Assembly (NCBI GenBank): GCA_037379345.1
Contig: CM074512.1
Span: forward strand, 62,207,597 to 62,271,596
Reading direction: 5' to 3'
From: Perna viridis
Taxonomy: Eukaryota
DNA: 64,000 nt
Below the pieces are notes generated by a model. That model searched no databases, was not told where the DNA came from, and worked only from the letters and a program-made list of their open reading frames with translations. Both the position numbers and the translations under genes were made by a program. This document shows positions 11,575 to 25,329 of this stretch, one piece after another. How positions within the stretch are numbered: the first letter of the stretch is position 1; each line of letters begins with the position of its first letter.

Positions 11575-13136
11575 CTAAAGCACTTTTTGATAACCAAGGG
11601 GTTTTTAATGTCCTTGGCTACCCTGTCGGGTCTTGCACGGACGGCACTTTTTGATACCTGTCCGCAACACTATCTACTGCGAAATTACCAGATGGTAGCA
11701 CTAATTATGGTGTAATTTTGGCACTTTTTCTGATGTAGTAATAAGTAAACAACCCTAAAACTGTGAAGAATGTACAGTTAGTCAAAAATAAAAATGATGA
11801 GAGAGGTTGTGAAAATTTATTTTACATAAGTGAGGTTTACATTCCTGTTAATATATACAAGATGATAGTGGTATAAAAATATATATTTGTTATTTTTAAT
11901 TCAAGCCATGGACACTGCTGATGTATTATATATTTCTTTCTATACACTACTCAATCGTGCAATATATATATATACCGGTATATGTTTCTCTTAATTTTAG
12001 AGACCATTCAATTGATTTAAAAAAAAATCAAAAGTTATTGAAAGAATTCTTGTTTTACAAATTAAACAAATAAATATTCTTGAGTTTGAAATTTCAATGC
12101 AAAGCAAACGAAGAGAAAATTAAACTTTTTTGTATCGTTTATTATTTTTTCCTCATTTTTGTTTTTGTCATTAAGAAGCCACAAAATTGCAGTATTATTT
12201 ACTTGTTTGTCTGATGACTTGCCGTGCTGTCTCAGATGATATTAATTTTTTAAAAGCTATTTTCAATTCTCAGTTTTTATCTTTAAAATAATTTCATTTT
12301 TTAAAAATATTTTTCAATATACATTTGTTTTGCATTATATTTTCTACTTCTAAAATAGTTTCTTGTGTGACCACAGTGTTTCACAGGTACATCATAATAA
12401 TGATGCATTCTGGGAAAAAATGTCAGCCTCCTGTGTTAAAGTTCATCAGTTAATTAAGACTAATTAATGAGGAGTTGAAATTAAAGAAACACATTTATAT
12501 GCTTGTTTACATAGATACTGTTAAATTAGAGTAAAACTCTCTTGAGATTCCCTTTACAGAGAATATCAATTTCATAACCTTAAAGTTCATCATTAAATGC
12601 GCCATAATTGTCTCTCAAACAACATCTAAAATTGAATCAATATATGTTGTTGACAAGGAAACCATTTTAAAAAAAGATATGTAATTCAAAATCAATTTGA
12701 TATGAAATATGCGACATCTTTATTTGACTTAATCTCCCAAGACCGAAAATGTTTAACAGATTACTGATACAGGTGATAAGAGAAAAAAGTTAGTTTAAAA
12801 AGTACAAAAAATTGCTGCTTTTTTCACTTTTTTTTTGGATCCGGTTCACATTAGATAATTTAGATAAACATAATCGCTAAAAACATTGTCTAAAACATAA
12901 CATAAATAAAAAAAAGTAAGTCTATAATTAACTATATATTTCTGTACAAAGCACAGGCAATTAGGATATAATCAGCAATTATAAGTCTCATCAAATATTA
13001 AAACAAAATACAGTATTGTCAAAGCATTACTCATAATAAAATGATTGTATACTTAGATGTATTTTAATGGACTGAATATAAAAAAAAAATGGCATAAGGG
13101 CAGAAATGAATGTTATTTCTTATCTTTTGTCTTTTT

Positions 13137-13390
13137 GGATCGTTAAACGTCACGAAGCGTTACAGAAGTTTTATGGTCGTCTTCATGAACTCGTGGATCA
13201 ATACGGTATATCCATCTGCGCCATGAAAACTGATTTGTTCACCGTGTCATAGTTTTCCTTTTCTCTGTCGTCTACCCCGGATGTGACATTTTATATGAAC
13301 AACTCGGTGAGTGTTGTCTAGTCTTTCTTCTTGGAATATATTATTTTGGTTTTCGCTCGAATATGTGTTCCCTTGATTAATATTTCTTTG
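13137..13390 (+). mobile_element. Penelope-like retroelement remnant: ORF C-terminus and 3' region
   Basis: 13157-13252 translates ALQKFYGRLHELVDQYGISICAMKTDLFTVS*, followed by TTTTCC..GTCGTCTACCCCGGA..GAACAACTCGG. Both match my recollection of the KFYGRHHELVDRY tail of molluscan Penelope-like elements. Confidence 0.75.
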
Positions 13391-14177
13391 AACAATGCAC
13401 CACAAGTTTTCTGTCAGCTATTACCTGTACTGACATTTTGTTCACATTCTCCGGTGTTGAAGATTGTCATCGACAACAGTCCAACTGTTTTGTTCTCGAC
13501 GCCTGTTATTCTGCATTCGCTTTTTACAAATTGTGATGCAAAACAACATTACATAAATACAAACTTGATAAGTTACCAGGTGTTATATGGACAAATGTTC
13601 ATATACGCTATTGCTCCAATACTTCATGGTTAAATGAATCCGTAGAAAAAAAGGTGATTCATGCATGTCAAAAACCACCCATATATATTCACTATTACCT
13701 TAAATTCAAAAACAATTACAGAACATAGAGCCAGTCTAAGTTTACCAGTTGGTTCTGGCACTTTCGAAATAAATATATTATAGATTGTGTATGAAACTGG
13801 CACTTTGTTATCGTCCTGGATTTGGTATAACTTGGTTGAATTTTTTTGCAGATCAAAATACAGACTGGAATTTTTGCTACGTAAAAAGTAGCGTTTGTAG
13901 AACGAAAAAAAAAGCGTTATTTGTTTGGTGGGTTTTTCTTTTCTATAAATCACCTCTGTTTTAGGCAGTGTACTTAAATGCTACAGTGTCCCGCTTAAGT
14001 GAAAATAAGAGACAAAATATCTTTGTGTAATGAAAAGCTTCTCTGTCTTTTCAATTTTGCATTTTTCTTTAACATACTCTGCCAAGATGCGATAATGCTT
14101 TTGTTTCTTTCGTCATATTTTTGCATATGCCATGTATGTAGACTTTGGCTGTGCCCAGCTGGAATATTCTACATATC

Positions 14178-14472
14178 AAACATGTCAAAATACTGGAATT
14201 ATTTATTGACAGCATAATTGTCTAGTGTTTTCCAACAGATGATCGACATTCCAATAGAAACAAATTTTGTTCCGCTACTCATTGATCTATATATTCACCC
14301 ATATGAAGCTGACTTTATAGTTGATCTCATTCACAAGAAGGAACACCGTTTAGCAAGATCCCTTAATATCAGTTTCGTTCACTCTTGCAATCAATCGTAT
14401 ATGACAAACGCGATGACTTCTCGTTTCGTATCGTCAATTTTTCCATTCATCTGAGGCAATATCACTTTAGCT
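14178..14472 (+). pseudogene. Decayed, internally deleted reverse-transcriptase fragment of a Penelope-like element (probably Naiad/Chlamys type)
   Basis: ILELFIDSI..VFQQMIDIPIETNFVPLLIDLYIHPYEADFIVDLIHKKEHRLARSLNISF is a degenerate VFQQTIGIPMGTNCAPLLADLFL..YEADF. After a deletion of the RYIDD region, another frame reads YDKRDDFSFRIVNF. Confidence 0.85.
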
Positions 14473-16235
14473 TTCAACAACGTTTGTTGCACTTTTTGTA
14501 CTTTTCCTTTATCTGATTTTTTCACAAATTTGCATGTTTGGAACAAAGAGTATTACCACAGATTCTAATGGAAATATCGGGCATTTGAACGTTTTAGACC
14601 TATTTGTGGTCAGAATCATAGGGAAAATAGCCCAGGTCCGCCACACCAAAAAACTATACACTTTCCCTATTAATGTCGAAGGGCGTCCCTTGAGACCTCT
14701 GTCTACTATAAACCCGCCGCAAATACGCGATGACGGAGCTGCATCATCTGGAAGACGACTCCGAATTATTTTTGCATCACGTGACTACAAAAGTATTTCT
14801 TTTCTAAAGTTGTTACTAATTCATTGGGATGGCTTTTGCAATTTTTCTTTTATTTTTTTCTCATTCAAAATACTATTACTAAAAGTAAGACTGAACCGTG
14901 TAACCATTGCACTTGCATTAATGGTATTATATAATAAAGGTAATAAGAAAATCATCGAACTCGTAATCATCAAGTGCAGGGAAATATTTAATAATACATT
15001 CACATATAAATCTATCATTATTTGTTTTCTTGTTTTGAATACTATGGTTTTGAATTGGAATTTCGTAGCTACAATTTTTACAGATTTAGTTTGATTTTTC
15101 ACTTAAATTGTGTGAATTTTATGACTTTTCAGCGGCTGGTCTATAGAAATTCAGAAAAGGGAGAGGGCGCTCCAGCGATTTTCATTTTTCTGTATAATTA
15201 ACAGATTTGTTTCGTGCACAATGGGGCCCCAGCCCCCCTTTGGAATCTGCATATGCTTAGTAATGACTGGTGTAATATGACTTTCTATGGAATTAAAAAA
15301 GTGATCAGATACACCATCTATTGAACATCTCCACGTATCACCCCCTTGAAATATGTTATCGGTAAGAAACTTCAAAGTGTTAAATGGTATCCACGATGAT
15401 CTCCATTAAAGGACAAAATACGCCCATTAACAATAGAAGAACAAAACAAGAATTAGGAGTTGTATGCATAAATAGATACAATTGTGATATTTTGAATTCA
15501 ACCATCCAATCGAACAGACCAAATTGATATATGTTGTTTCCTTACAATACCAGAATTCGGTTCTTAGTCGCTTCCGCAAATATTTCAAAAGAATATTGTT
15601 GTCAGTAGTTAAATTATAGGATCAAGCCATTCTGAAATAAATGTGCTACGAGGCAGTAGCGTCAAGTGAAGAATGGGACTTCTTGATTTATGGGGAATTA
15701 TTTAATAGGGAATCTATGCAGCCTCTCTTTCAGGACCGTTATCGTCTTATTCACTGCCGACTTTCCCTTTCAATCCTTATAATGCAGCTTATCCGATTAA
15801 TATCTTTTTCTTCGTTTAATTTCAATATCAATTCGATGATAACGAATCCATCTTTTGAGATCGGGAGGCATAATGTATCTTCACTAATTTGAAAATCTTT
15901 TCACACAAAATCGATGTTATGTGACATCCAAAGACCGAAGGAGAGTTTTAACAGAAGGGTAATAATTAGTTCAGGAAACACGATTGGGATGTCAAAACTC
16001 TTGAACAAAATCTTCAGGGTTTAAACAACAAAATAAGTGTGTAACTTTCGGAAGCTATACGTGTGCCTATCATGCCAAGAAGTGAACCTTAGTGTGTTAT
16101 TTATTAAAGAACGCCACTTTTGACAAGCAATGAAGGTAGGAGTACAATCTTATCTTTTTATAGGTTTTTAAATTAAAATGTGATAGCATTATTTCTCAAT
16201 ATAATGAACTTGCTTTCAACTTTATTTCAGTGAAG

Positions 16236-16295
16236 TAAAAAAAAAAACAACAACACAACAACGGGAACAACAACAACAACAACAACAACGAACAT
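16236..16295. repeat. Poly-A plus (AAC)n microsatellite
   Basis: Direct reading. Confidence 0.85.
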
Positions 16296-17105
16296 AAAAA
16301 TACATACACATGTATAACCATCAGCTATTAAAAACAGTTGCTTGACGTGTTTATATAAGTCAGTAAAATGTTTATTGTTATCCAAAAATATTTGTACATG
16401 CATTTTATACATATGGTTATTGTATGTTAGTTGCAAAATAAGGACGGGGTACTTTTCAAAAGGAGGCTTGAAAACGTTCCGATATTGCCTGGTTATGGAC
16501 AATTGCCTTAATCGAATAGGGCCACTCAAGATGCTGTAAAGCTACATTTCTAAGTTGTAGTTTTTTGACACTCATTTTACATTTTCATATCTTGGCAAAA
16601 CAATAATAATAAAAAAAACAAACAAAACATAACATATGGTGAGAATAATGACAACATTCTATTAAGGTTCTTGCGCTGACTTTTCAGTGGGGGAATAAAA
16701 AATCAAAATTAGGGGACGCTGAGTGGTCTAAGGGAAGTGGCCAAAATCAGTGATTTTCCAATAAATACAATAAAATAAACCTTACTTCTCGAGCATAAGA
16801 GAGTGATCCCCCTCCACCGTAGATCCGCCTAGTCTTTGATCAGCGGCACAAATATATAAAAAAAAGTAGGAGTTCAGGTACCGGTTTTTAAAGGCGACTT
16901 CATTTTGATTAGTCAGTGATTTTTTTAACTTGGTCATCTAGCCGATTATAAAGACTTTATTTTGCTAGGTTTAGATTAAGCCCTTCTTCCCATTGGATAG
17001 ACACAGTTGAGTGAAATCATAGGTTAGTGGTGATGCTTCAGACAATATTCTAGCATACGTTAACATGAAGTTACATTATAGCATACTTTATTTGAATGTT
17101 TTAAT

Positions 17106-17289
17106 CAGTGGCGGATCCAGGTGGGAATTCTGGGGGTTGGTACCCCTCATTTTTATTAGAAAATTTGTCATTATCATGACTGTGTAAGATTGAAAAAATA
17201 TATTGCAAGTTCTGTCCTAGCAACCCCCCTTTTTTCTGAGGAACCCCGGCTGACACCACTCCTTTTCAAAGTATCTGGATGCGCCGCTG
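17106..17289 (+). mobile_element. MITE family A (CAGTGGCGGATCCAG termini, 5-bp TSD; hAT5-like)
   Basis: CAGTGGCGGATCCAG ... CTGGATGCGCCGCTG flanked by TTAAT/TTAAT. The interior is homologous to the copies at 51260-51409 and 53288-53403. Confidence 0.85.
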
Positions 17290-17393
17290 TTAATGTTTCC
17301 AGACTAAGCGGAATAACACTAAGTTCCTGACAACTTGAGTTTTTACATGCATGGCTGTTTACTATTCAGATAATGTGATAATCAATGTGTATA

Positions 17394-17511
17394 CATTGGT
17401 GGATACAGAGATTTTCAGGGGATCCAGGGGGTTCCCAGGCTTTTATTTGCTCATTTTTGCCCAAATTTTGCACGAAATTATTAATGCTCGAAAATCTTGG
17501 TTCCGCCATTG
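17394..17511. mobile_element. MITE family A, second subfamily
   Basis: CATTGGTGGATACAG ... TTGGTTCCGCCATTG flanked by GTATA/GTATA. Confidence 0.7.
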
Positions 17512-20059
17512 GTATATCTACATGTATACGGTTTATACATTGAACTATCACTTACATACATCTGCGTATACGTGTATATGATAAATATGTACTTTGAAAA
17601 AAACAACCTCGTTTTGGGTTGTAAATGAAGAAGTATAATCGAGTGATATGTTGTATTGTCATAATATGCTGTTTTTCGCGAGTGGAAATAGAGTCACATA
17701 ACAATCTCTTTAGCTATTTGTCACATTTCAATTCTGATCAATGCCTTTTTGATTCATTAGATACAAAAGTACTTTGATTTTGAAAGCAACATCGATCATT
17801 TCAACATCAAAACGAGGCAGCATTATTTCATTTTGAACTTACACGCATTCAAACGATTTTGTCCAATTGGGTCTTTTCAGAACCCAGTGTTGTGAATGCA
17901 TGTAAATCTATCCTTATTATAACGAATACAAAATCTAGTTAGATTGTTTTGTGTTTGTTCAAAGGAAAATTTATTCAAAAAGCAATTAATTATAGTTCTT
18001 TGACAGAACCACATTGAATTTCGTTTGATCCAATTGTTTCTTTCAGTTTTCAACGTATGCAAATCCAGTTTGGAATTCAGTTTTTAAATACTTATTACAG
18101 TACTAAATCAGAGGTTTTGGATTGAAATCAACACATGCAGAAAACACAATCCCTGCTAATGATTTTTTCTATTCAAGAGCGACAATACTGGGCTTATTCC
18201 TCTGAATAACAAACTCTTTTTTAAATATATTTCATAAATACCTTTTAGTTTATTCATTAAGTTTCAATACCGTTATGAAAAGACCTTTTCACAGTCATGA
18301 AATTTACTAAATTGGTCTTTATAAATGATTTTATGAAGGCAATTCGGAATAAAGAAATTAAATGTTTGCAACGAACAATATGTTTTGTTTTTGAAGCCAT
18401 AGGCTTTGATAAACCCCTTTTGTGTAATCAGTTCATTATTGTATATGAAATAAAGGATCGCATGGAGTAATTTGGACAGTGTTTGTTTCCTAAGCAAAAG
18501 ATATCATTTGTATATTGTATTTACGTTCTTTTTGCTTTTTCGCCCTATTGTGTCTAGAATGGAGACTTTATTGAAAGCTGCAGTATTCTCTTGGCGTGCT
18601 TTTAACAAATTTTATTGAAAAAGGTTCGGGTTTCAGAAATAACACGTAGAGTTGCTTTTTGTTCCGTGTCTTCTCTTCAGAGAACTTATCAAAGGAGTTT
18701 TTACTCAAGATGAAACAGTGTCGTGTATCGGCTTCCGATGACACATTGATTTGAAGGTCTGTATACATAGTTCTGAATTTTAACGTGAGATTTAAATGAA
18801 AGAGACTTACTAATCAATTCTGAATCAAAACCTCTGTCTTACGACACTCTTTTGGTAAGTCATTGCCAATATTTATTTTCTTCGCAATTGTTTGTTATAA
18901 AATTTGTCATATTAAGGATATTTTAAGCCGTTGACATGACATGTAAGATTGAAAAGGATAGTCTGCCGTGCGCATGGATCTTTGTCATTCATGTTCGATA
19001 TTATTCAAGTATCATAGTAAAAAACAATTAAAGAGGTATATACTCTTAGACATACATGTATTTCTCTAAATCATGTTTTTTTATAATGTGAACGAATGAT
19101 TAGAGTAATGTATTGCAGTCTGTCTGAGCTTGTGCCCGGCAGCACGTTTAAAACTGCTGTTCTACAAAAATAATTTTGAATAGAAATCATAGTTATAAAT
19201 TTCGTTTTTTACTTGACTAACCTTAAGACCGTTGTTCAATAATACAAAAATCTCGTTAATATTGCAACATGCACCCCTTAAAGGGATATGATATCTGATA
19301 ATGATTGCTTACTAGTACATCATTATAATATGAAAAATTACTTAAAGAATTTTCATCCCTGGATCGTTTTTGCAACACTTAAACTATTCTGTGATAATCC
19401 GAACCCAGACATTGCGGCATATGGTCAAATATTGTCTATGCATTCCTATAGAATTTTCAGGGAAGCTTCCTTGCTCGAGTACAAAGACGATTTCTAATTG
19501 AAGTACATTAATATTCGGAGCTGAATCAAGTTACATTTGATTGAGCACACAATTAAGTCCCTATTAACAAAACGCTTTCAGGATTAGCGGAACGGAAAGA
19601 TACTTGCTTCCGGAATTCTTCGCAATAAATGATTCCTTCGTAACCTCTCTTGATGATCCGTGTTGCATACGGATGGATTATGGTGGATAATAGTGCCATT
19701 CATCACTCGTTAGTATTTTACACGTTTTCAACTTGAAAAGGGATGATTTACTGAGCTGAAGTATTGATATAAGGTTTAAATATTCGATGTTGATAACAAA
19801 TTTTCCTTTGATAATCAACAAATGTAAGCCCAATCGACAGATCCGCATTTTCCCTACTATTAGCAGTTACATTAATGAATGTCTCTCGGGAAATTTATTA
19901 TCCAGTTTTAAAAGATCTTATTAAATGCATTAAGTTTGAGAATCTACACTCAATGATTCTATTATAAATCTTATAAATAAAACTTTTAAAATTCTCAAGT
20001 GAATTTCAATAAGTGGTTACATTGCTTCAAGAGCGTGTCCACAAAACAAAGGATCTCAC

Positions 20060-20188
20060 TCAAGTGCCACTTCTTTAGACATTGATGATGTTGATGGACT
20101 CGGAATGTTATCTTGTGTAAATTGACTTCTACTTGAGGGATTACATACAAATGTGATAGTTGACTTAATTTCGGTCAAAGACCACACA
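20060..20188 (-). other. Candidate 129-nt exon (VWSLTEIKSTITFVCNPSSRSQFTQDNIPSPSTSSMSKEVAL) after a candidate 59-nt intron at 20247-20189
   Basis: Donor A|GTAAGT at 20247, branch-like CTAAC and acceptor TTTTCTTTAG, open frame, donor GA|GTGAGA. No recognised homology. Confidence 0.3.
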
Positions 20189-20799
20189 CTAAAGAAAATG
20201 TTAGGTAAGTGACAAGATAATTTCCTTTTCATAAAATTCACACTTACTAAGAATTCAAAAAGACATTCAAATTGTCGGAAAGTAGAACATTAACCGGAAT
20301 TGCCGTCGTTTCTTATTACGGCATGAACGACGTTGTAGATATCAGGATCAACCGTTGGTATCTTCATCGTCATTTTTACGCCAGCCTTTAGCGATATTGT
20401 CGTCTTCATCGTCATTTATCAATTCAAAGTTGTCATAACTATCATCAGCATTTTCATCTAGAGCTATGCTTTTGATAGATATGATTTAATCTAACGGCTC
20501 TATTTTTCATTTTAACTCTCATAATCACATGAAAAAAGGGGGCTTAACGTTTACAAAATGCGTTTATTACCTCTTATATATAATATAACCATTGGCCATC
20601 AAGTGAAATAAGCTGTCCTACAAATACCTTATTTGAAACACGATTTGTAACAGTGGGTAACTAGCCCAAAATATAAGAATGTAAGTTTAAAGCAAATAAG
20701 TTTTTGGATCTACTCATCCTCATATCTATTTTCAAAAAAAATATTGCGATTTATAAGTTATTAACTAATGCTGTCTATTTGATAAATAGCATCTCACTA

Positions 20800-20960
20800 T
20801 ATGACCCTTTCCGGTGTTAATATACAGACCGGCCATCGATCTCTGCGCATGCATAATAACCACTTCCTTAGATAATTTCAAAGAGCGTGCAAGTGATAAT
20901 TAACATAATTGACGAGTGCTTAGTACCGAATATTAAACAAAGATACTACAGTCCTGGAGG
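20800..20960. promoter_or_regulatory. Cluster of promoter-type motifs
   Basis: TTTCCGG and CACTTCC (ETS), TGCGCATGCA (NRF1-like) and ACTACAGTCC (ZNF143-like) within 160 bp. Confidence 0.3.
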
Positions 20961-21984
20961 CTGATATTTCTTATCCGTTCCGAGAGTGTTGGATTAGGTT
21001 TGACCTTTGGTTGTTTGTTATCTGTCGCGTGACTCTGTGTACTATAGAAATTCATAATACAGTGTGAACGAAAATAGTAGACTTGATCCAAGTTTAAATA
21101 AAGACCTAATTTATATTTTAAGATACGTTTTTTTTTAACTTCAGTATTTCTTTGTTAGGAGACTGTATGTGGTCTGTTAAAACCTTTTGTTGCTTTACAC
21201 ATTATTTAAACTTATGTAATAGAAGTCTAATTCCACATTCCATCATATTATGGTGCGTCTATCAATTTTTGTTCAAGTTCTTTTCAAACTAGTCGATCAT
21301 TGGATTTTCCTTCATTAAAAGTGCATTTTCATTTTCCGGATCTGCTAGGTCACGGGAATTGTATGCGGTTTAGACTATTCAATTTTACGCTTGACGAGTA
21401 GACGAACAAACGTTACCATGAAAGTCGCTACAATATTTACTCTGCCGTATTATGGGTCTATAATGATAATCTATTTCCTATAGAGGCTATATGTAATTTG
21501 ACTTAGACTTTGATACGGCAATTATTTAAGATAAGTGAAATTTGAGGCGTTTTTGTCGATCATCGGTTACGTATTATAGCACACTGCTGTGAAATTTGAA
21601 GGTTGGATGTATTGAAATCGATTACAAATTTTACTCGGCAAGAATTTTGTAATGTCAATGGTTTGTGCAAATTCTCTCCAAACTAGACGATCATGACATC
21701 AAGTTTAATATACTTCTAGACACTTTCTTCGATTGTCCTGACACCATTGCCAGCCTTCATGGTTATGGCCGAAGAGGTCACCCGTTTGTCCTTCAAATTT
21801 TTTATAGTGAAACCTGTCTAAAACGACATTGCCGAACTAGAATAAAATGCCAGAAAAAACAGGTTTGTCACATTTGATTGTTTGAAAAATAATAATTGTA
21901 GGAATGTGTCCATTTTTTTTCGGGGGGGGGGGGGGGTGGGGGGCGGTAGGGCGTTCAAGTCCGGTAAAATATTACTCTTGTTGA

Positions 21985-22175
21985 AGTTTTCATCGGGTGC
22001 GACATGGTGTGTTCCTAGACGCTTTACCTTATCAGCGCTCCTAGTCTATCCTACAGTTCAGGTCTGTCGGTATTTTCACTTTCTGAAGGTTTCTGTGCGA
22101 TTGCTTTTTGTATCGATGTTTTGTTTGTTTCTGCGTCTGTTTTACTTTCTTCCTGTCTGTTTTGTGACTTTTGTG
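21985..22175 (+). mobile_element. Highly decayed 3' region of a Penelope-like element
   Basis: GACGCTTTACCTTATCAGCGCTCCTAGTCTATCC followed by a GT/T-rich tail. Related to the copy at 59510-59620. Confidence 0.4.
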
Positions 22176-24054
22176 TAAACGATAACGTTTTTATTGTGGT
22201 TTTGTCTGATTGCATATTCATGTTGCACGAGTGTCGAATCGCCTTGAAGTAATTGATGCAAAACAAATTGTAATGCATATAAAAGGACGCTCTAGGAAAT
22301 CAACAAAATGGTCAATTTCTTGTTCTATCCTAACATTTTTACATTAGTTTTCACATAAAGATCACCCGGAACTTTAAGGTCGTACCGAAATACCATCCAG
22401 AATTTATTGTGCTCCATGGTAACTACTTACATAAGAAATCGGATGTAGGTACTGGGGTGTGCCAATGGACGACGACAAAAAGTTATTCAAATCGTTTCAA
22501 TTGAAAAGAAACTTTCAATAGAGGCTTTTAGCCATTTGCTTTAAATGTACGCAAGTTTTATGAAATACAATTAAATAAAACGAACAAAGATGAACTGCAA
22601 TTATACGATAATTTTTCTACCAAGTTTTATCGTATGTTTCTATTGTAAGCGCCCGAGAACTCTTTACAGTGACTGATTTTCGACAAAAAAGGATTTTTAC
22701 ATTGCATTTTGAAAAGAAAACTTATAAGGGTTTTCGATACAAATAAGAAATGAAAAGAAACTAGTTTTGTTATCTACTGTAGTATCTTAATGGAAAAGTT
22801 AAATCTAATTTCCATCCAAATTTTAGATGAATTAATTCAAGAAGTAACTACCTACTCAAATTCGTTACAAAAGACTCTTTATGGGGACAAAACAAGCGCC
22901 CCAGTGAAAGAAAAAGGATTAAATTTTCCCGTATAATAAGCCATTTACAAAATGATTTGGGCTTTATCAGGGTTATTGTGTAAGAATTCTAAAGAATTGT
23001 TACAAATTGCTTTAAGGACACATTTTTACACCATTTGGAGACGGACTTGTTTAGTTATAGGATGTTTTGAAATGAATTTACGTGACACGAATAATGGTAA
23101 GTAATATGAATTTGAGCATTTAAATTTCGTTTGGCATCTAAATTATTTTCAATTTTCATATTTTCTTTTAATTTTAAAAAAATTAAAATTTCTAAAGGTC
23201 TTGTTTTGAGTATTTGCAGTATCTCAAGTACTTGTGGTTTGTGTGGTCTTCCATTTCTATTGTGACATATTACAGTCGGTTGTGTCTTGTTTACTGGAAT
23301 CAGACATATTGGTGAAACCCTTTGGAAACCACTTCTTTTCTTGACTTTTTAATCATCGGTTTGAATTTTCTGAAATATAATTTGATTATTTAAAACATAA
23401 GTTTAGACATATTGGAAGACATAATATAAATCAACTGTAAATGTACTTACTTACGAAGACCATGATATATAATCATTTAACTGTAATTCGGGGGGTGCAC
23501 TGATGTACTATACGCAAATGCATACTGTTGGGTGGATGCATGTAAGCAAATATCAAACCAGCATGTACAAGTTTTCTCTCGAATGTAGAAATTAAATGAA
23601 TAACATGACATACCCTTGTTCGCTCATAACCTTGATACAAAACTGTCGACTTTACATCCTACCGTTTCTAAACTTTGTTAAATAATGAAAAGCACCTGTA
23701 GACGGAGTGACATGACCATAATTGTCGACATTCGGAAGTACTTGACATTGAGTGAAAATGGTAGTAGATTAAAGATTTGTTTCGGTCTGCATTGATCACT
23801 TGTTGATTCGGTACGTTTTAGCAATTTTGCTCATGTTTCAAGCGAAATTTAAATATATTAGCGTTCCGTATTCAAAATACAAACTGAATTACCGATATCC
23901 TGTTTCTTTGATGTCCATTTTCCCAAACATATAATGCTTGGTCAGAATTCTGGTGACATCACATATCCTTCTGTAGCATTGTGCTTTATAAGCAATGTGG
24001 TGCTTATTTGTACTGAAATTAAAAAAAAAGGTTTTGACCTCCATTGTGAATGTT

Positions 24055-24606
24055 TGTGAAGGCATCTTTTTGCCCCTACTTGTCATTTAATTAGCCGAAT
24101 GAGTCACTTTGTTACTTAAATATGTCAACTTGTAACTTAGTTGATTATACTAAAACAGCAAATTTGGAGCGTTAAGACCTTTAATGGCATCTATAGTTGT
24201 CACTTAATTATCTGACAACTAGACTTTATTATCTGACAAATATACTTATTAATTGACAAGTACATTTATTTGTCTGACAAGTACATTTATTAATCTTACA
24301 AGTACACATTTTTATCTGACAAGTAGACTTAATTATCTGACAGGTAGACATATTTCTTTTTTTTTAACTTAATAAAGTTTTTCAACATACGCAGATGAAT
24401 AAGTCTACTTGTCAGGTAAATAAGTGTACTTTTCAGATAAATAAGATAATTAATTGATAACTAGATGTCATTAATGAACTTAACACTCCAAATTTGTTCT
24501 TCTTATTGTGCATTTTAGTATACTTAATTAAGTGACAAGTTGACTTATTCGTCTATTTGAGTATACGTAATTAAGTGACAAGTTGGGGCAGATATATGCC
24601 CTCATA
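24055..24606. mobile_element. Fold-back element with long TIRs built from 21-22-bp tandem subrepeats (TTATCTGACAAGTAGACTTAA)
   Basis: Ends TGTGAAGGCATCTTTTTGCCCCTACTTGTCA and TGACAAGTTGGGGCAGATATATGCCCTCATA are inverted. About 7 subrepeats on the left and 2-3 inverted ones on the right. Confidence 0.85.
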
Positions 24607-25329
24607 GGTATAGGTATTTTGCTCTAAAATCAAAATACATTAGCATGTAGGAAGATCCATTCACGAACACGTAAAAAATCTGAAACATTTAATGAATCAG
24701 TGTTAGGGAATCCCGTTTTCTAAAGTTTTTGATATTAAAGAATTTATTTTTATGTTGTAATTATAAACGCTTTCGATTGTCCATTCCTGTAAAATTTGAT
24801 CTAAAGTCACGAATTTATTGTAAAAATTTGAATTTTCTATAAAAACTCAACAAACGTATTCGTTTTCACATAGTATCAAATGCCTCAATTTAACTAAATT
24901 TCTCTTGCATCTATTTCTATTGTGTTTGAGGAGATTGTATACTCTATTGTGTTGCTGAATGCATTCGTTTTCAATGGAGTCACTATATTATTGTTAGAAT
25001 GAAAGGAACACTTAAATTTATCAACAATGGAAAGGGATTCTTTACTCAGTCATTACGAAACTTGGGATACAATATCGTATGTTTTATTTTCAATCTTGAT
25101 GAAAAGAAACGAAAATTGATCCCCGCAGCATACGTTTCCCTTTATATTGTATTGGTCGTGCGTTATATTCTCATTTAGAAGACAACTTTCCATTGTGGAA
25201 TAAGGAATACGTATCGAATTGTTCATAAATTTGTGACATTTTGTGACAAAAATGTTGCAAAATTCATTTTTGAAGACTGGGTGGTCACCGTTTTGAAAGA
25301 GGGGAGGAAAGTGTTACATTTAGTAAGTT

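Noticed and set aside
14534-15094. Longest ORF in the window (186 aa)
   Set aside because: No recognisable domain. The C-terminal half is I/F/L/K-rich as in random AT-rich DNA, and no supporting splice structure was found.
21915-21952. G-run with G-quadruplex potential
   Set aside because: A simple homopolymer of the kind common in such genomes. Nothing points to function.
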